In this document: piece after piece, positions 1-8,829 of the stretch | Numbering within the stretch: the stretch's first letter is position 1 | Layout: every line of letters starts with the position of its first letter | Position numbers and translations under genes: made by a program | Source: Paracoccus suum | Lineage (GTDB): Bacteria > Pseudomonadota > Alphaproteobacteria > Rhodobacterales > Rhodobacteraceae | Reading direction: 5' to 3' | DNA length: 32,000 nucleotides | Assembly: GCF_003324675.1 (NCBI RefSeq) | Contig: NZ_CP030918.1 | Span: 1,890,001 to 1,922,000, forward strand | The notes under the pieces: model-generated | What the model saw: the letters and a program-made list of their open reading frames with translations, nothing else | Databases searched by the model: none | Told to the model about the DNA's origin: nothing

Positions 1-795
1 CAGTTTCCAGAAGGCGCGCTCCATGCCCATCGCCTCGGTCACGGGCGCGATCAGGTCGTGATCGCCGACCGAGGCGCCGCCGATGGTGACGATGATGTCG
101 GCGTCCGCCGCCGCCTCAAGCCCCGCGCGCAAGCTCTCGGCAGTGTCGCGCGTGATCGGCAGGATGCGGGGCAGGGCGCCCGCCGCCGCCGCGATGGCGG
201 CGATGGCAATGTCGTTGCTGTTGATGATCTGGCCGGCACCGGGGTTGGTGCCGGGGGGTACCAGCTCGTCCCCGCCGGGCAGGATCGCGACCACCGGGCG
301 GCGGGCGACCGTGACGCGCGGCACGTTCATCGCCGCGATCAGCGCCAGTTCCGCCGGACCCAACCGGCGGCCGGCGTCGATCACGCTGCCTTCACTGAAA
401 TCATTGCCGCGCGGGCGGATGTTGCTGCCGCCCGAGGCGTCGGTCACGGCGATCCGCTCGCCCTCGCGCGTGACGTTTTCCTGCATGACCACGCGGTCGC
501 ATCCGTCGGGGACCGGCGCGCCTGTGAAGATCCGAACTGCCTGGCCGGGGGCGATCTCGCCATCCCATTCGCGCCCGGCGGCGGCCTCGCCGACCACTGT
601 CAGCGGGCCGGGCAGGTCGGCGCTACGCAGGGCATAGCCGTCCATCGAGGCTGCGTCGAACGGCGGCTGAGTCAGGCGCGCCGCCACGGGGGCCAGCAGA
701 ACGCGGCCGTTTGCCTCGGCTAGCAGAACCTCCTCTGGGATCGGGGCCGGGGCGAGGGCGAGGGTGCGAGCGAGCGCTTCGTCGACGGGGATCAT
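1..795 (-). CDS. moeA: Molybdopterin molybdenumtransferase MoeA, N-terminal ~265 codons (3' end lies beyond the window start)
   Basis: Absent from the ORF track because it runs off the edge. My minus-strand translation from the ATG at 795-793 reads [57 protein letters not shown]...[20 protein letters not shown]...[14 protein letters not shown]. This matches the MoeA signatures PPFD..SMDGYA and GG.SVGD.D. The start ATG overlaps the moaC stop (ATGA). Confidence 0.85.
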   Translation of the reverse strand, partial: MIPVDEALARTLALAPAPIPEEVLLAEANGRVLLAPVAARLTQPPFDAASMDGYALRSADLPGPLTVVGEAAAGREWDGEIAPGQAVRIFTGAPVPDGCDRVVMQENVTREGERIAVTDASGGSNIRPRGNDFSEGSVIDAGRRLGPAELALIAAMNVPRVTVARRPVVAILPGGDELVPPGTNPGAGQIINSNDIAIAAIAAAAGALPRILPITRDTAESLRAGLEAAADADIIVTIGGASVGDHDLIAPVTEAMGMERAFWKL

Positions 796-1298
796 GTGCC
801 GGCCTCCTCGTTCAGACGGGTTCCGGACGCGTCCGCCTGCCATGTCCCGGACTTGCCGCCGGTCTTGGTCAGCAGGCGAATCCCCTCGATCCGCATGCCT
901 TTTTCGGCCGCCTTCAGCATGTCGTAGACCGTGAGTGCGGCGATGCTGACGGCGGTCAGGGCCTCCATCTCGACGCCGGTCTGGCCGGCGGTGCGCACGG
1001 TCGCGCGGATGCGAATTCCGGGCAGCGCCGGCTCCGGGGTCAGTTCCAGCGCGACCTTGGTGATCGGCAGCGGGTGGCACAGCGGGATCAGATCGGCGGT
1101 CCGCTTGGCGCCCATGATCCCGGCGAGGCGGGCGACGCCCAGCACGTCGCCTTTCGCGGCCCCACCCTGGGCGAGGGCTAGCGTTTCGGCCTGCATGATC
1201 ACCAGCCCCTCGGCCACCGCTTCGCGCGCGGTCGCGGGTTTGGCCGAGACATCGACCATGTGCGCCTGTCCGGCCGCGTCGAAATGGGTCAGGCTCAT
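792..1298 (-). CDS. moaC: Cyclic pyranopterin monophosphate synthase MoaC
   Basis: 168-aa ORF: [27 protein letters not shown]...[30 protein letters not shown]...[24 protein letters not shown]. Full-length MoaC motifs are present. ATGA overlaps at both ends. Confidence 0.95.
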   Translation of the reverse strand: MSLTHFDAAGQAHMVDVSAKPATAREAVAEGLVIMQAETLALAQGGAAKGDVLGVARLAGIMGAKRTADLIPLCHPLPITKVALELTPEPALPGIRIRATVRTAGQTGVEMEALTAVSIAALTVYDMLKAAEKGMRIEGIRLLTKTGGKSGTWQADASGTRLNEEAGT

Positions 1299-2089
1299 GG
1301 CACGGGATCGGCGAGGATGGCGCGGGTAGCGGCCTCGACATCGGGCTGGCGCATCAGGCTCTCGCCGATCAGGAAGCGGCGCACGCCGGCATGGGCGAGG
1401 GCGGCAAGCTCCGCCGGGCCGGACAGCCCGCTCTCGGCAACGATCCGGCGGCCTGCGGGCACCATCGGCGCCAGCCGCCGGGTTGTGTCGAGCGAGACTT
1501 CGAAACTGCGCAAATCGCGGTTGTTGACACCGATCAGGGGCGAGTTCAGGCGCAGCGCACGCTCCGTCTCCGCCTCGTCATGCACCTCGATCAATGCGTC
1601 CATGCCCCAGTCGCTGGCGGCGGATTCCAGTTCGGCGGCCAGCGTGTCGTCGACGGCGGCCATGATGATCAGGATGCAATCCGCGCCCCAGGCCCGCGCC
1701 TCGGCCACCTGATAAGTGTCATAGAGGAAATCCTTGCGCAGCACGGGCAGCGAGGTTGCCGCACGCGCCTGCGCCAGGAAAGTCGGCGAGCCTTGAAAGG
1801 ACGGTCCGTCGGTCAGCACCGAAAGGCAGGCGGCCCCCGCCGCCTCGTAGGCGAGTGCAAGGCGCGGCGGGTCGAAATCGGCGCGGATCAGTCCCTTGGA
1901 GGGGCTGGCCTTCTTGACCTCGGCAATGAGGCCATAGCCGCCTGATGCAGCGTGATCGAGCGCGCCCGAAAAGCTGCGCACCGCTGGGGCCGCAGCGGCG
2001 CGGGCCTCGATCTCGGACAGGGGAAGGGCCGCCTTGGCGGCTGCGATTTCGTCCAGCTTGTAGGCGTGGATACGGTCAAGAACATGCAT
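1295..2089 (-). CDS. trpC: Indole-3-glycerol-phosphate synthase TrpC
   Basis: ORF 1295..2173 contains [73 protein letters not shown]. The ATG at 2089 gives [21 protein letters not shown], which fits the usual TrpC N-terminus. The upstream in-frame ATG at 2173 is the alternative start. Confidence 0.92.
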   Translation of the reverse strand: MHVLDRIHAYKLDEIAAAKAALPLSEIEARAAAAPAVRSFSGALDHAASGGYGLIAEVKKASPSKGLIRADFDPPRLALAYEAAGAACLSVLTDGPSFQGSPTFLAQARAATSLPVLRKDFLYDTYQVAEARAWGADCILIIMAAVDDTLAAELESAASDWGMDALIEVHDEAETERALRLNSPLIGVNNRDLRSFEVSLDTTRRLAPMVPAGRRIVAESGLSGPAELAALAHAGVRRFLIGESLMRQPDVEAATRAILADPVP

Positions 2090-2219
2090 GGCGCGATTTA
2101 GCCGGGCCGGACGGGGCAGGGCAAGCGCCAGCGGGTTTTTGTCAGCTTGGGGGCGCTCCACAATCGCCGCCACACGGCCCGGCCGCTAAAGCTGCCGTGG
2201 CATAGGGATGGTGAGGAAA

Positions 2220-2296
2220 TGGTCGGGGCGGCGAGATTCGAACTCGCGGCCTACGGCACCCAAAGCCGTCGCGCTACCAGGCTGCGCTACGCCCCG
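2220..2296 (-). tRNA. tRNA-Pro (anticodon TGG), 77 nt with encoded CCA
   Basis: The reverse complement reads CGGGGCG TA GCGC AGCCTGGTA GCGC G ACGGC TTTGGGT GCCGT AGGCC GCGAG TTCGAAT CTCGC CGCCCCG A CCA. This folds as a full cloverleaf with a 7-bp acceptor stem, a TTCGAAT T-loop and anticodon loop T-T-TGG-G-T. Confidence 0.93.
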
Positions 2297-2338
2297 GCCG
2301 GGGACGGGTCTAGCCGAAGCACCGCCCGGCGCAAGGCC

Positions 2339-2848
2339 TCATTCGCAGGGCAGCGCGGCGATGTCCTGCGGCAGGCGCGGATGCGACAGGATCGCGCCCT
2401 CGCCGAGGCCAAGACGCGCCGCCTCGCCGCCGCCGATCTCGAGGACCATAAGCCGCTCTGGCGCGGGATCGCCGGGGTGGGCGCCCGGCACCGGGGTCTC
2501 GTCATGCGGCACGGCGTTGGCCGCGACATGGGCCACGCGGCCGGCGGGATCGATGAACAGCATGTCGAGCGGGATCAATGTGTTGCGCATCCAGAAAGCG
2601 ACTTCGGACGGCGCCTCGTAGATGAACAACATGCCGTGTTCCGGGGCGAGGCTTTCGCGGAACATCAGCCCCCGTGCCCGGCTGTCGGGGGTATCGACCA
2701 CCTCGACGGCGATATCGCGCGTGCTGCCGTCCGGCAGGGTAAAGGCTGCGCGGTCCGGCGCGCAGGCCACTTTTGTGTCTGCCGCAGCGGCAGACGCGGC
2801 CAGCAACAGGGCGAGCAACGCGGGGCGGGCGAGGGTCAGGGCGCTCAT
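2339..2848 (-). CDS. DUF192-family protein with N-terminal signal peptide
   Basis: Distal part of track ORF 2339..3391. Starting at the ATG at 2848 it reads MSALTLARPALLALLLAASAAAADTK (signal peptide), then DIAVEVVDTPDSRARGLMFRESL.PEHGMLFIYE....AFWMRNTLIPLDMLFID..GRV (DUF192 pattern RA.GLM.R......GMLF......FWM.NT.IPLD..F). The ATG overlaps the stop of the upstream CSD gene (ATGA at 2845-2848). Confidence 0.85.
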   Translation of the reverse strand: MSALTLARPALLALLLAASAAAADTKVACAPDRAAFTLPDGSTRDIAVEVVDTPDSRARGLMFRESLAPEHGMLFIYEAPSEVAFWMRNTLIPLDMLFIDPAGRVAHVAANAVPHDETPVPGAHPGDPAPERLMVLEIGGGEAARLGLGEGAILSHPRLPQDIAALPCE

Positions 2849-3438
2849 GCGTGCTCCGCCGTCAGGGTTTCGGTTCGTGCCGGCGCGTCCTCCGGCGGCA
2901 AGGCCGCCACGGGCGGCAGGGCGGCATAATCCCAACTGGCCAGCAGTGCGGCCATCGGGCCGCGCGGGCCGGCGATCACCTTCAGCGCGATCGCCTCGCC
3001 TACGACCAGATCGGCAAAGCCGCTGTGCCGCAGCACCTCGATATGCAAGAATACGTCGCCGGGCAGGCCGAAGATATTGGCAAAGCCAAAGCCCTTGGAC
3101 TTGTCGAACCACTTCACCCGCGCCGGCTGGAAGGGCAGGGCGGCGACCTCGGCAAGCTCGGGACCCGCCAGTTCCGCGATCTGCGCGCCGCTGGTGGGCG
3201 AAGGGTGCAGGATCGACAGCACCTCGACCGCCTGTTTCCCGCGGGTGGTGACGATGGCGCGCACCTTGACTTCGGTGCCCTCGACGATGGTGCTCTGGCC
3301 ATAGTTGCGCAGGACATTGCCGTGCAGAAGCACGTCGGGGCCGCCGTCGGAATCGATCAGGAAGCCGAATCCGCGGCCTGGATCGAACCATTTGATACGA
3401 CCGACAATCTCGACCGGGTCGTCCTGTCGTTGCAACAT
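2845..3438 (-). CDS. Tandem cold-shock-domain (2 x CSD) nucleic-acid-binding protein
   Basis: Track ORF 2845..3471. There are two CSD cores: GRIKWFDPGRGFGFLIDSDGGPDVLLH and ARVKWFDKSKGFGFANIFGLPGDVFLH (RNP1-like K/RGFGF plus VF.H). The ATG at 3438 (MLQRQDDPVEIVGRIKWF) is preferred; the ATG at 3471 is the alternative. Confidence 0.85.
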   Translation of the reverse strand: MLQRQDDPVEIVGRIKWFDPGRGFGFLIDSDGGPDVLLHGNVLRNYGQSTIVEGTEVKVRAIVTTRGKQAVEVLSILHPSPTSGAQIAELAGPELAEVAALPFQPARVKWFDKSKGFGFANIFGLPGDVFLHIEVLRHSGFADLVVGEAIALKVIAGPRGPMAALLASWDYAALPPVAALPPEDAPARTETLTAEHA

Positions 3439-3544
3439 GCTCGCGGGGCTTTCCGTGACGTCGGCGCGCAAACTTCCAGCATGGCCCGCGGTGCGATGCG
3501 CGGCGCCCGCGGGACCTAAGGTTTGCTGGAAATGCGCGCGATTT

Positions 3545-4204
3545 TCAAGGGTTGAGTCGAACTACCTGCCAGGCGCCCGCCGCGCCATCGACCATTTCCG
3601 CCCCGGCGGCCGGCGCCGCGTCCGGCTGCGGACGCGTCCAGCGAAAGCGGTCGTGCAACCGGAACGCTCCGTCGGCCCAGAACTCGACCGCCAGCGGGCG
3701 GATGCGAAAGCCGCCCCAGAAGGGTGGGCGCGGGGGGTTGAGCCCGTGGCGCAGCCCTTCGCGCGCGACCCGCGCCATCAGCGCGGCTCGGCTGTCCAGC
3801 GGCCGGCTCTGGTCCGATGCCCAGGCGCCGATGCGGCTCTCCAGTCCGCGCGAGGCGTAGTAGGCGTCGGCCTCCGGCCCGTCTGCACGGCTGACCTCGC
3901 CGCGCACGCGGACCTGCCGGCGCAAGGATTTCCAGTGCAGGACAAAGGCTGCAACGCCGGTCTCGGCGATCTGGCAGCCCTTGGCGCTGTCATAATTGGT
4001 GTAGAAGACAAAGCCCGCATCCGGCGCCGGCGGATCGATCGCCTTCAGCAGGACCATGCGGACATCGGGCAGGCCCTCGGCGTCCACGGTGGCAAGCGCC
4101 ATGGCGCTGGGGTCGTTCGGCTCGGTGCCGCCCGCCTCGGCCAGCCAGCTGGTTGCGATGGAGAACGGATCGTTCCCGGCAAAGATTCCGCCGCGTTCGC
4201 TCAT
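3545..4204 (-). CDS. pdxH: Pyridoxamine 5'-phosphate oxidase
   Basis: [91 protein letters not shown] and RLHDR all match PdxH. The ATG at 4204 (MSERGG) is preferred over the TTG at 4219 that the track translates as M. Confidence 0.92.
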   Translation of the reverse strand: MSERGGIFAGNDPFSIATSWLAEAGGTEPNDPSAMALATVDAEGLPDVRMVLLKAIDPPAPDAGFVFYTNYDSAKGCQIAETGVAAFVLHWKSLRRQVRVRGEVSRADGPEADAYYASRGLESRIGAWASDQSRPLDSRAALMARVAREGLRHGLNPPRPPFWGGFRIRPLAVEFWADGAFRLHDRFRWTRPQPDAAPAAGAEMVDGAAGAWQVVRLNP

Positions 4205-4268
4205 GCTTGATGCCCCCAAGGGTTTGGCCTAATCCTCGCCGAAGGCTGCAAAACAGCGGGGACGATAC

Positions 4269-5147
4269 ATGTCAAGCGACGGTGATGGGGCAGACGGTCG
4301 GTCCGGACGTGCCGGACTTATGGCCGGAAAGCGGGGCCTCATCATGGGCGTTGCCAACGACAAGTCGATCGCCTGGGGAATTGCCCAGGCCCTGGCAGCC
4401 GAGGGTGCGACCCTCGCCTTCAGCTATGTCGGCGAGCAGTTGCAAAAACGGGTCGAGCCGCTGGCCGCCAGCATCGGCATGCCGCTGGTGATGCCCTGCG
4501 ACGTCGGCGACGACGCCTCGATCGATGCGCTGTTCGCGCAGTTGCAGCAGGAATGGGGCGCTATCGATTTCATCGTCCATGCCATCGGCTTTTCCGACAA
4601 GGACCAGTTGCGCGGCCGCTATGCCGCGACCACGCGCGACAATTTCCGCCTGACGATGGATATTTCCGTCTACAGCTTTACCGCCGTGGCGGCGCGGGCG
4701 GCAGCGATGATGTCGCCGGGCGGCACCATGCTGACCCTGACCTACTATGGCGCCGAGCGCGTGATGCCGCATTATAATGTCATGGGTGTCGCCAAGGCCG
4801 CGCTTGAGGCATCGGTGCGCTATCTGGCCGAGGATTTCGGCCGCGACGGTATCCGCGTGAATGCGATCAGCGCCGGTCCGATCAAGACCCTGGCTGCCAG
4901 TGGCATCGGCGATTTCCGCTATATCCTGCGCTGGAACGAGTTGAACTCGCCCCTTCGGCGGACCGTCACCCAGGGCGATGTGGGCAAATCGGCCCTCTAC
5001 CTTCTGTCTGACCTGTCATCGGGCGTGACCGGCGAGGTGCATCACGTCGATGCCGGCTATCATGTGGTCGGGATGAAGGCGGTGGATTCCCCCGACATCG
5101 ATGCCAGCGGCAACGGCATGACCGTGGCCGCGCGCAAGGAAGGCTGA
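4269..5147 (+). CDS. fabI: Enoyl-[acyl-carrier-protein] reductase (NADH) FabI
   Basis: [87 protein letters not shown]. This includes the SDR Tyr/Lys catalytic region typical of FabI. The alternative start is the ATG at 4320 (MAGKRGL). Confidence 0.93.
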   Translation: MSSDGDGADGRSGRAGLMAGKRGLIMGVANDKSIAWGIAQALAAEGATLAFSYVGEQLQKRVEPLAASIGMPLVMPCDVGDDASIDALFAQLQQEWGAIDFIVHAIGFSDKDQLRGRYAATTRDNFRLTMDISVYSFTAVAARAAAMMSPGGTMLTLTYYGAERVMPHYNVMGVAKAALEASVRYLAEDFGRDGIRVNAISAGPIKTLAASGIGDFRYILRWNELNSPLRRTVTQGDVGKSALYLLSDLSSGVTGEVHHVDAGYHVVGMKAVDSPDIDASGNGMTVAARKEG

Positions 5148-5759
5148 GTGGACGCGATCACGGTCCCTGCACTGGCCGCCTTCGTGGCCACCCTGTCGCT
5201 GGCGATCCTGACCCCGGGGCCAGCTATCATTGCCTGCACGCGCGCCGCCGCGGCCATGGGCCGTCAGGCGGCGCTGCGTTATGCGCTTGGCCTCGCCTTC
5301 GGGGCATCGCTGTGGTGCCTTGCCTCGCTCTTCGGCCTCAGCCTGCTCTTCCGCTTGGTGCCGCAGCTGTTCGTGGTGCTGAAGGTCGCGGGGGGCCTCT
5401 ACCTCATCTATGTCGCGGTCAAGATGTGGCGCCATGCGCACGATCCGCTGCCCGCGTCGGCGGTGATCGGCGGGCCGGGCTTTCGGGCCGGCATGGCGCT
5501 GAACCTGTCGAACCCCAAGCCGGCGCTGTTCTATGGTGCGATCCTGCTGTCGCTCTTTCCGCGGCTGCATGGCGTCGCCGGGCCGGCGCTGGTCTATGCG
5601 GTCGCCCTGGCGTGCGAGCTGACCTTTTACGTCGCGGTCAACGCCCTGATGTCCACCGCACCGGTGCGCCGCCGCTATTTCGCCCTGAAGTCCACCATCG
5701 ACCGCACGGCGGGCGCCCTGATCGGCGCGCTCGGGCTGCTGCTGATCGTTCGCCACTGA
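5148..5759 (+). CDS. LysE/RhtB family amino-acid efflux protein
   Basis: 203 aa and about six hydrophobic segments. The N-terminus [13 protein letters not shown] and ..LKV.GG.YLIY.A.KMWR.. are typical of the LysE/RhtB family. The GTG start directly abuts the fabI stop. Confidence 0.85.
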   Translation: MDAITVPALAAFVATLSLAILTPGPAIIACTRAAAAMGRQAALRYALGLAFGASLWCLASLFGLSLLFRLVPQLFVVLKVAGGLYLIYVAVKMWRHAHDPLPASAVIGGPGFRAGMALNLSNPKPALFYGAILLSLFPRLHGVAGPALVYAVALACELTFYVAVNALMSTAPVRRRYFALKSTIDRTAGALIGALGLLLIVRH

Positions 5760-5767
5760 AAAGGTAC

Positions 5768-6301
5768 ATGCCGATGGCCGACCAGATGCTTGAACCCCGC
5801 GCCGACCGCCTGCCGCATGAAAAGGGCTTTCACGTCAGTTGGGACCAGTTGCATCGCGACGCGCGCGCGCTGGCCTGGCGGCTTGACGGTCAGGGACCTG
5901 CGGACGGCGGCTGGCGGGCGGTGGTTGCCATCACCCGCGGCGGCATGGTCCCGGCCATGATCGTCGCGCGCGAGCTGGACATCCGCACCATCGACACGAT
6001 CAGCGTGAAATCCTACCTCAAGGGCGAGCAGGGCAGCGTGCAGGTGCTGAAATCACCCGATGCGCAGATGATGGGTGACGGCGAGGGCGTGTTGGTGGTG
6101 GACGATCTCGTCGACAGCGGCCGCACGCTCGAGCTGTGCCGGAACCTCTATCCCAAGGCGCATTTCGCGACCGTCTATGCCAAGCCCAAGGGCAAGCCGA
6201 TGGTCCAGACCTATGTGACAGAGGTCAGTCAGGACACCTGGATCTTCTTTCCCTGGGACATGGCGTTGCAATATGTCGAGCCCTACCGGGGCAGCGATTG
6301 A
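5768..6301 (+). CDS. gpt: Xanthine-guanine phosphoribosyltransferase
   Basis: Distal part of track ORF 5312..6301. From the ATG at 5768 it reads MPMADQ...[19 protein letters not shown]......[32 protein letters not shown], then the PRPP loop [13 protein letters not shown], then TWIFFPWD. The upstream part of the track ORF overlaps the LysE gene in another frame and is Arg/Ala/Gly junk. Confidence 0.9.
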   Translation: MPMADQMLEPRADRLPHEKGFHVSWDQLHRDARALAWRLDGQGPADGGWRAVVAITRGGMVPAMIVARELDIRTIDTISVKSYLKGEQGSVQVLKSPDAQMMGDGEGVLVVDDLVDSGRTLELCRNLYPKAHFATVYAKPKGKPMVQTYVTEVSQDTWIFFPWDMALQYVEPYRGSD

Positions 6302-6807
6302 CCGACCGCGCGCGTCCCCGCGCCATCGCCCGGCGGATCGAGGCGCGCAAGGGCTGGTGGCACTGGCTGTTCGAGGGCGGCATCACGCTGAAGGGCCTGA
6401 TGGGCCTTACCGAACTGGTCGCGGGCGCCGCGCTGCTGGCCGCACCTCCGACGCGGGTCCACGACCTGATCGAGGCCGCGGCCCGCTGGCACCTGATTGC
6501 CGACCGTCACGGCCCGCTGTCGCGCCAACTGCTGCACGCGGCCGAGAATTGGCCTGCCGCCAGCCAGCATTTTTACGCCCTCTACCTGGTGCTTCATGGC
6601 GGCTTGAAGCTGGTGATGGTCGGCCTGTTGTGGGCGCGGTTCGCCTGGGCTTATCCCGCCGCCATCGCCATCCAATGCTTTTTTATCGCTTTCGAGGGGC
6701 ATCGTTGGATGCACACCGGCAATCCGGTGCTGCTGGGCCTCGCCGCGCTTGATCTGGCGATCATCGGCCTGATCTGGCACGAATGGCGGGCCCGTCCCCA
6801 ACCGTGA
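6298..6807 (+). CDS. DUF2127-like small integral membrane protein
   Basis: Distal part of track ORF 6136..6807: [26 protein letters not shown]..., then hydrophobic helices ([53 protein letters not shown]). There is no in-frame ATG downstream of the gpt stop and upstream of the conserved part. The TTG at 6298, overlapping the gpt stop, is my best guess, so the start is uncertain. Confidence 0.6.
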   Translation: MTDRARPRAIARRIEARKGWWHWLFEGGITLKGLMGLTELVAGAALLAAPPTRVHDLIEAAARWHLIADRHGPLSRQLLHAAENWPAASQHFYALYLVLHGGLKLVMVGLLWARFAWAYPAAIAIQCFFIAFEGHRWMHTGNPVLLGLAALDLAIIGLIWHEWRARPQP

Positions 6808-6859
6808 GGATGGGGGAGTTGCCGGCAACGGCGCTGCGAGGCAAACCGGGGGACAAGCG

Positions 6860-7924
6860 ATGGCAGCGATCCGCATTCTGGTGGTCGGTCTGGGGCACAT
6901 GGGCGCGTCGCATGCCGATGCCTACCATCGCGATCGGCGGTTTGAGATCGTCGGCTTGGTCGCTCGCGGCATTCATGACCGCCCGATTCCCGCGGCCCTG
7001 GCCGACTATCCCCGCTTTGCCGATTACGGCGAGGCGCTGGCGCAAACCCGGCCGGACGCGGTCTCGATCAGCACTTGGCCCGACACCCACGCAGCCTTTG
7101 CACTGGCCGCGCTGGACATGGGCGCGCATGTGTTCGTCGAAAAGCCCATCGCCACCACGACGGAGGACGCGCGCGCCGTCGCCGCCCGCGCGGCAGAGGT
7201 CGGGCGGGTCCTGCTGGCCGGCTATATCCTGCGCGTTCACCCCTCGTGGCAGCGGTTCGTGCAGATCGGCCAAGGCCTCGGCAAGCCATTGGTGATGCGC
7301 ATGAACCTGAACCAGCAGAGCACCGGCGAGGCCTATGTCTGGCACCGCAACCTGCTCGGCAGCCTGACGCCGCTGGTCGATTGCGGCGTCCATTACGTCG
7401 ACGTCATGTGCCAGCTGACGGGCGCCCGCCCGCTCCGCGTGCACGGCATCGGCGCGCGCCTGTGGGACGAGGGCACCCAGCCCAACTACGGCGCGCTGCA
7501 CGTCGTCTTCGACGATGGCTCGGTCGGCTGGTACGAGGCCGGCTGGGGTCCCATGATGTCCGAGGTGGCCCATTTCGTGAAGGACGTGGTCGGACCGCGG
7601 GGCGCAGTTTCGCTGGTTCCGGCCGCCTCGGGGGGCGAGGCCGGCAGCGCCGATATCGACAGCCACACCCGCACCGACGTCATTCGCCTGCACCACGCTG
7701 AAACCGGCCCCGACCACAGGTTGGTCAAGGCCGACGAGACCATCACCATGGAGGGCGAGCCTGACCACCAGGCGCTTTGCGACTTGGAGGCCACGCTGTT
7801 CGCCGACTGCATCGACGGCAGTACCGACTCCGCCCCGCTGGTCGAGGCGGCGCTGAACTCGCTCGCCATCGTCCTCGCCGCCGATCAGAGCATCCGTGAG
7901 GGCAGGGCGGTGACGCTGGATTGA
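6860..7924 (+). CDS. Gfo/Idh/MocA family NAD(P)-dependent oxidoreductase
   Basis: N-terminal Rossmann motif IRILVVGLGHMGASHA, then DAVSI.T....H......AL..GAHVFVEKP (the family EKP motif), then a C-terminal alpha/beta domain. 354 aa. Confidence 0.85.
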   Translation: MAAIRILVVGLGHMGASHADAYHRDRRFEIVGLVARGIHDRPIPAALADYPRFADYGEALAQTRPDAVSISTWPDTHAAFALAALDMGAHVFVEKPIATTTEDARAVAARAAEVGRVLLAGYILRVHPSWQRFVQIGQGLGKPLVMRMNLNQQSTGEAYVWHRNLLGSLTPLVDCGVHYVDVMCQLTGARPLRVHGIGARLWDEGTQPNYGALHVVFDDGSVGWYEAGWGPMMSEVAHFVKDVVGPRGAVSLVPAASGGEAGSADIDSHTRTDVIRLHHAETGPDHRLVKADETITMEGEPDHQALCDLEATLFADCIDGSTDSAPLVEAALNSLAIVLAADQSIREGRAVTLD

Positions 7925-8099
7925 GGCCGCCCATTTGCGGGATTTGCCAACTGCAGGGTGAACGGGATACCCGACATGGTGGCAAAATGCCGCCGGTTTC
8001 TGCGGATCGCCGGGAGGCCATCATCTCGCGCGAGTTGATCCAGCCCGAAGAATCAGTCACTTACGCAATGGAGTGCGCGAGGTCGAGGCGAAAATTATC

Positions 8100-8193
8100 A
8101 AAATGGCAACGGTTGTATGGCCAACATCGTTGTGTTTGATTTTATGGCCAAACTCCTTGGCTTCGCGGCCGCCAGGGGCGAGTTGCAACAACA
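8100..8193. promoter_or_regulatory. AT-rich leader upstream of bphO carrying clustered short repeats (candidate promoter/operator region)
   Basis: G+C drops locally. ATGGC(C)AA(A)C occurs three times (8103-8110, 8117-8125, 8144-8153). CAAC-N-GTTG inverted repeats lie at 8107-8115 and 8122-8132. A perfect 8-bp palindrome GTTGCAAC lies at 8182-8189, 5 nt upstream of the ATG at 8194. Confidence 0.4.
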
Positions 8194-8829
8194 ATGACCC
8201 GGAGATTGGCCCACGCTAATTTTCGACAGGGTCGAGGGACGGACGGCGAGGAGAAGGCGCGGGTGGACGGGTCGGATCAACTGCGAGGGCGCCTGCGTGC
8301 CGAGACCCGGCCCCATCATCAACGCGTTGACGATGCGTTCGCCGCGCTGGATCTGGGCCGCGCCGGCGATCTGACCCGTTTCCTTGCAGCGCAGCTAAGC
8401 GCGCTCGAGGCGCTGGTGCCGCAGGACGGCCCTGACTGCGCCGAGGCGGAGGCGCTGGCCGCAACCACGCGCGCGGCCATTGCGGCCGACCTGCGCACGC
8501 TCGGCGCCGGACCGCGGGCCCGCCTCGCGCCGCAACAGGCGGATGCGACAGCGGTTCTGTATGTCTTGCTCGGCTCACGCCTTGGTGCGCAGGTGCTGGC
8601 CCGTCGCTGGCTGGCGACGGCCGATGCACTGGCGCGCGGCGCGGGGCAGTATCTGACGATGGATTCACAAAGCGCCCGGTGGCGGGCCCTGTGCGCCCGG
8701 CTCGCGGCGCTGCCCGCGGCCGGTGCCGCGGGCGATGCGCTGGTGGCGCAGGTGGGAGCAATCTTTGACCTTTATACCGCAGCACTCGAACGGACCCCCT
8801 CGGCAGCACAAGACCGTGCCTATGCCTGA
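8194..8829 (+). CDS. bphO: Heme oxygenase (biliverdin-producing), BphO type
   Basis: LRGRLRAETRPHHQRVDDAF (helix-1 pattern LR..T...H..(V/L)D with a proximal His candidate), then LLGSRLGAQVL and an all-helical ~190-aa body. Its position immediately 5' of a bacteriophytochrome, overlapping it by 8 nt, supports the call. The alternative start is the GTG at 8263, preceded by GAGGAGAAGG. Confidence 0.75.
   Translation: MTRRLAHANFRQGRGTDGEEKARVDGSDQLRGRLRAETRPHHQRVDDAFAALDLGRAGDLTRFLAAQLSALEALVPQDGPDCAEAEALAATTRAAIAADLRTLGAGPRARLAPQQADATAVLYVLLGSRLGAQVLARRWLATADALARGAGQYLTMDSQSARWRALCARLAALPAAGAAGDALVAQVGAIFDLYTAALERTPSAAQDRAYA

Noticed and set aside
2174-2338. tRNA-Pro as an integration site for a genomic island
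   Set aside because: There is no integrase, no direct repeat of the tRNA 3' end that I could spot, and no compositional shift on either side. The flanking genes (trpC, DUF192, CSD) look like core genes.
2849-3391. Upstream 180 codons of the 350-aa minus-strand ORF that ends as the DUF192 gene
   Set aside because: This part overlaps the tandem-CSD gene in a different frame and is Arg-rich. DUF192 homology and its signal peptide begin at the ATG at 2848.
6761-7768. 335-aa minus-strand ORF antisense to the Gfo/Idh/MocA gene. Similar antisense or alternate-frame ORFs occur at 17036..18313, 16615..17694, 23952..25730, 22810..24003, 29816..31426, 26438..27391 and 10132..10992.
   Set aside because: All lie opposite or out of frame with genes that have clear family motifs. 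All have Arg/Ala/Gly/Pro-dominated composition without motifs. I treat them as compositional artefacts, not overlapping genes.
7921-8139. 72-aa ORF in the spacer upstream of bphO, as a possible small protein
   Set aside because: It has a non-ATG first codon, no convincing Shine-Dalgarno before the internal ATG, third-position G+C that decays along the ORF, and no recognisable motif. The region is more parsimoniously a promoter or leader. A small protein cannot be excluded without Ribo-seq.
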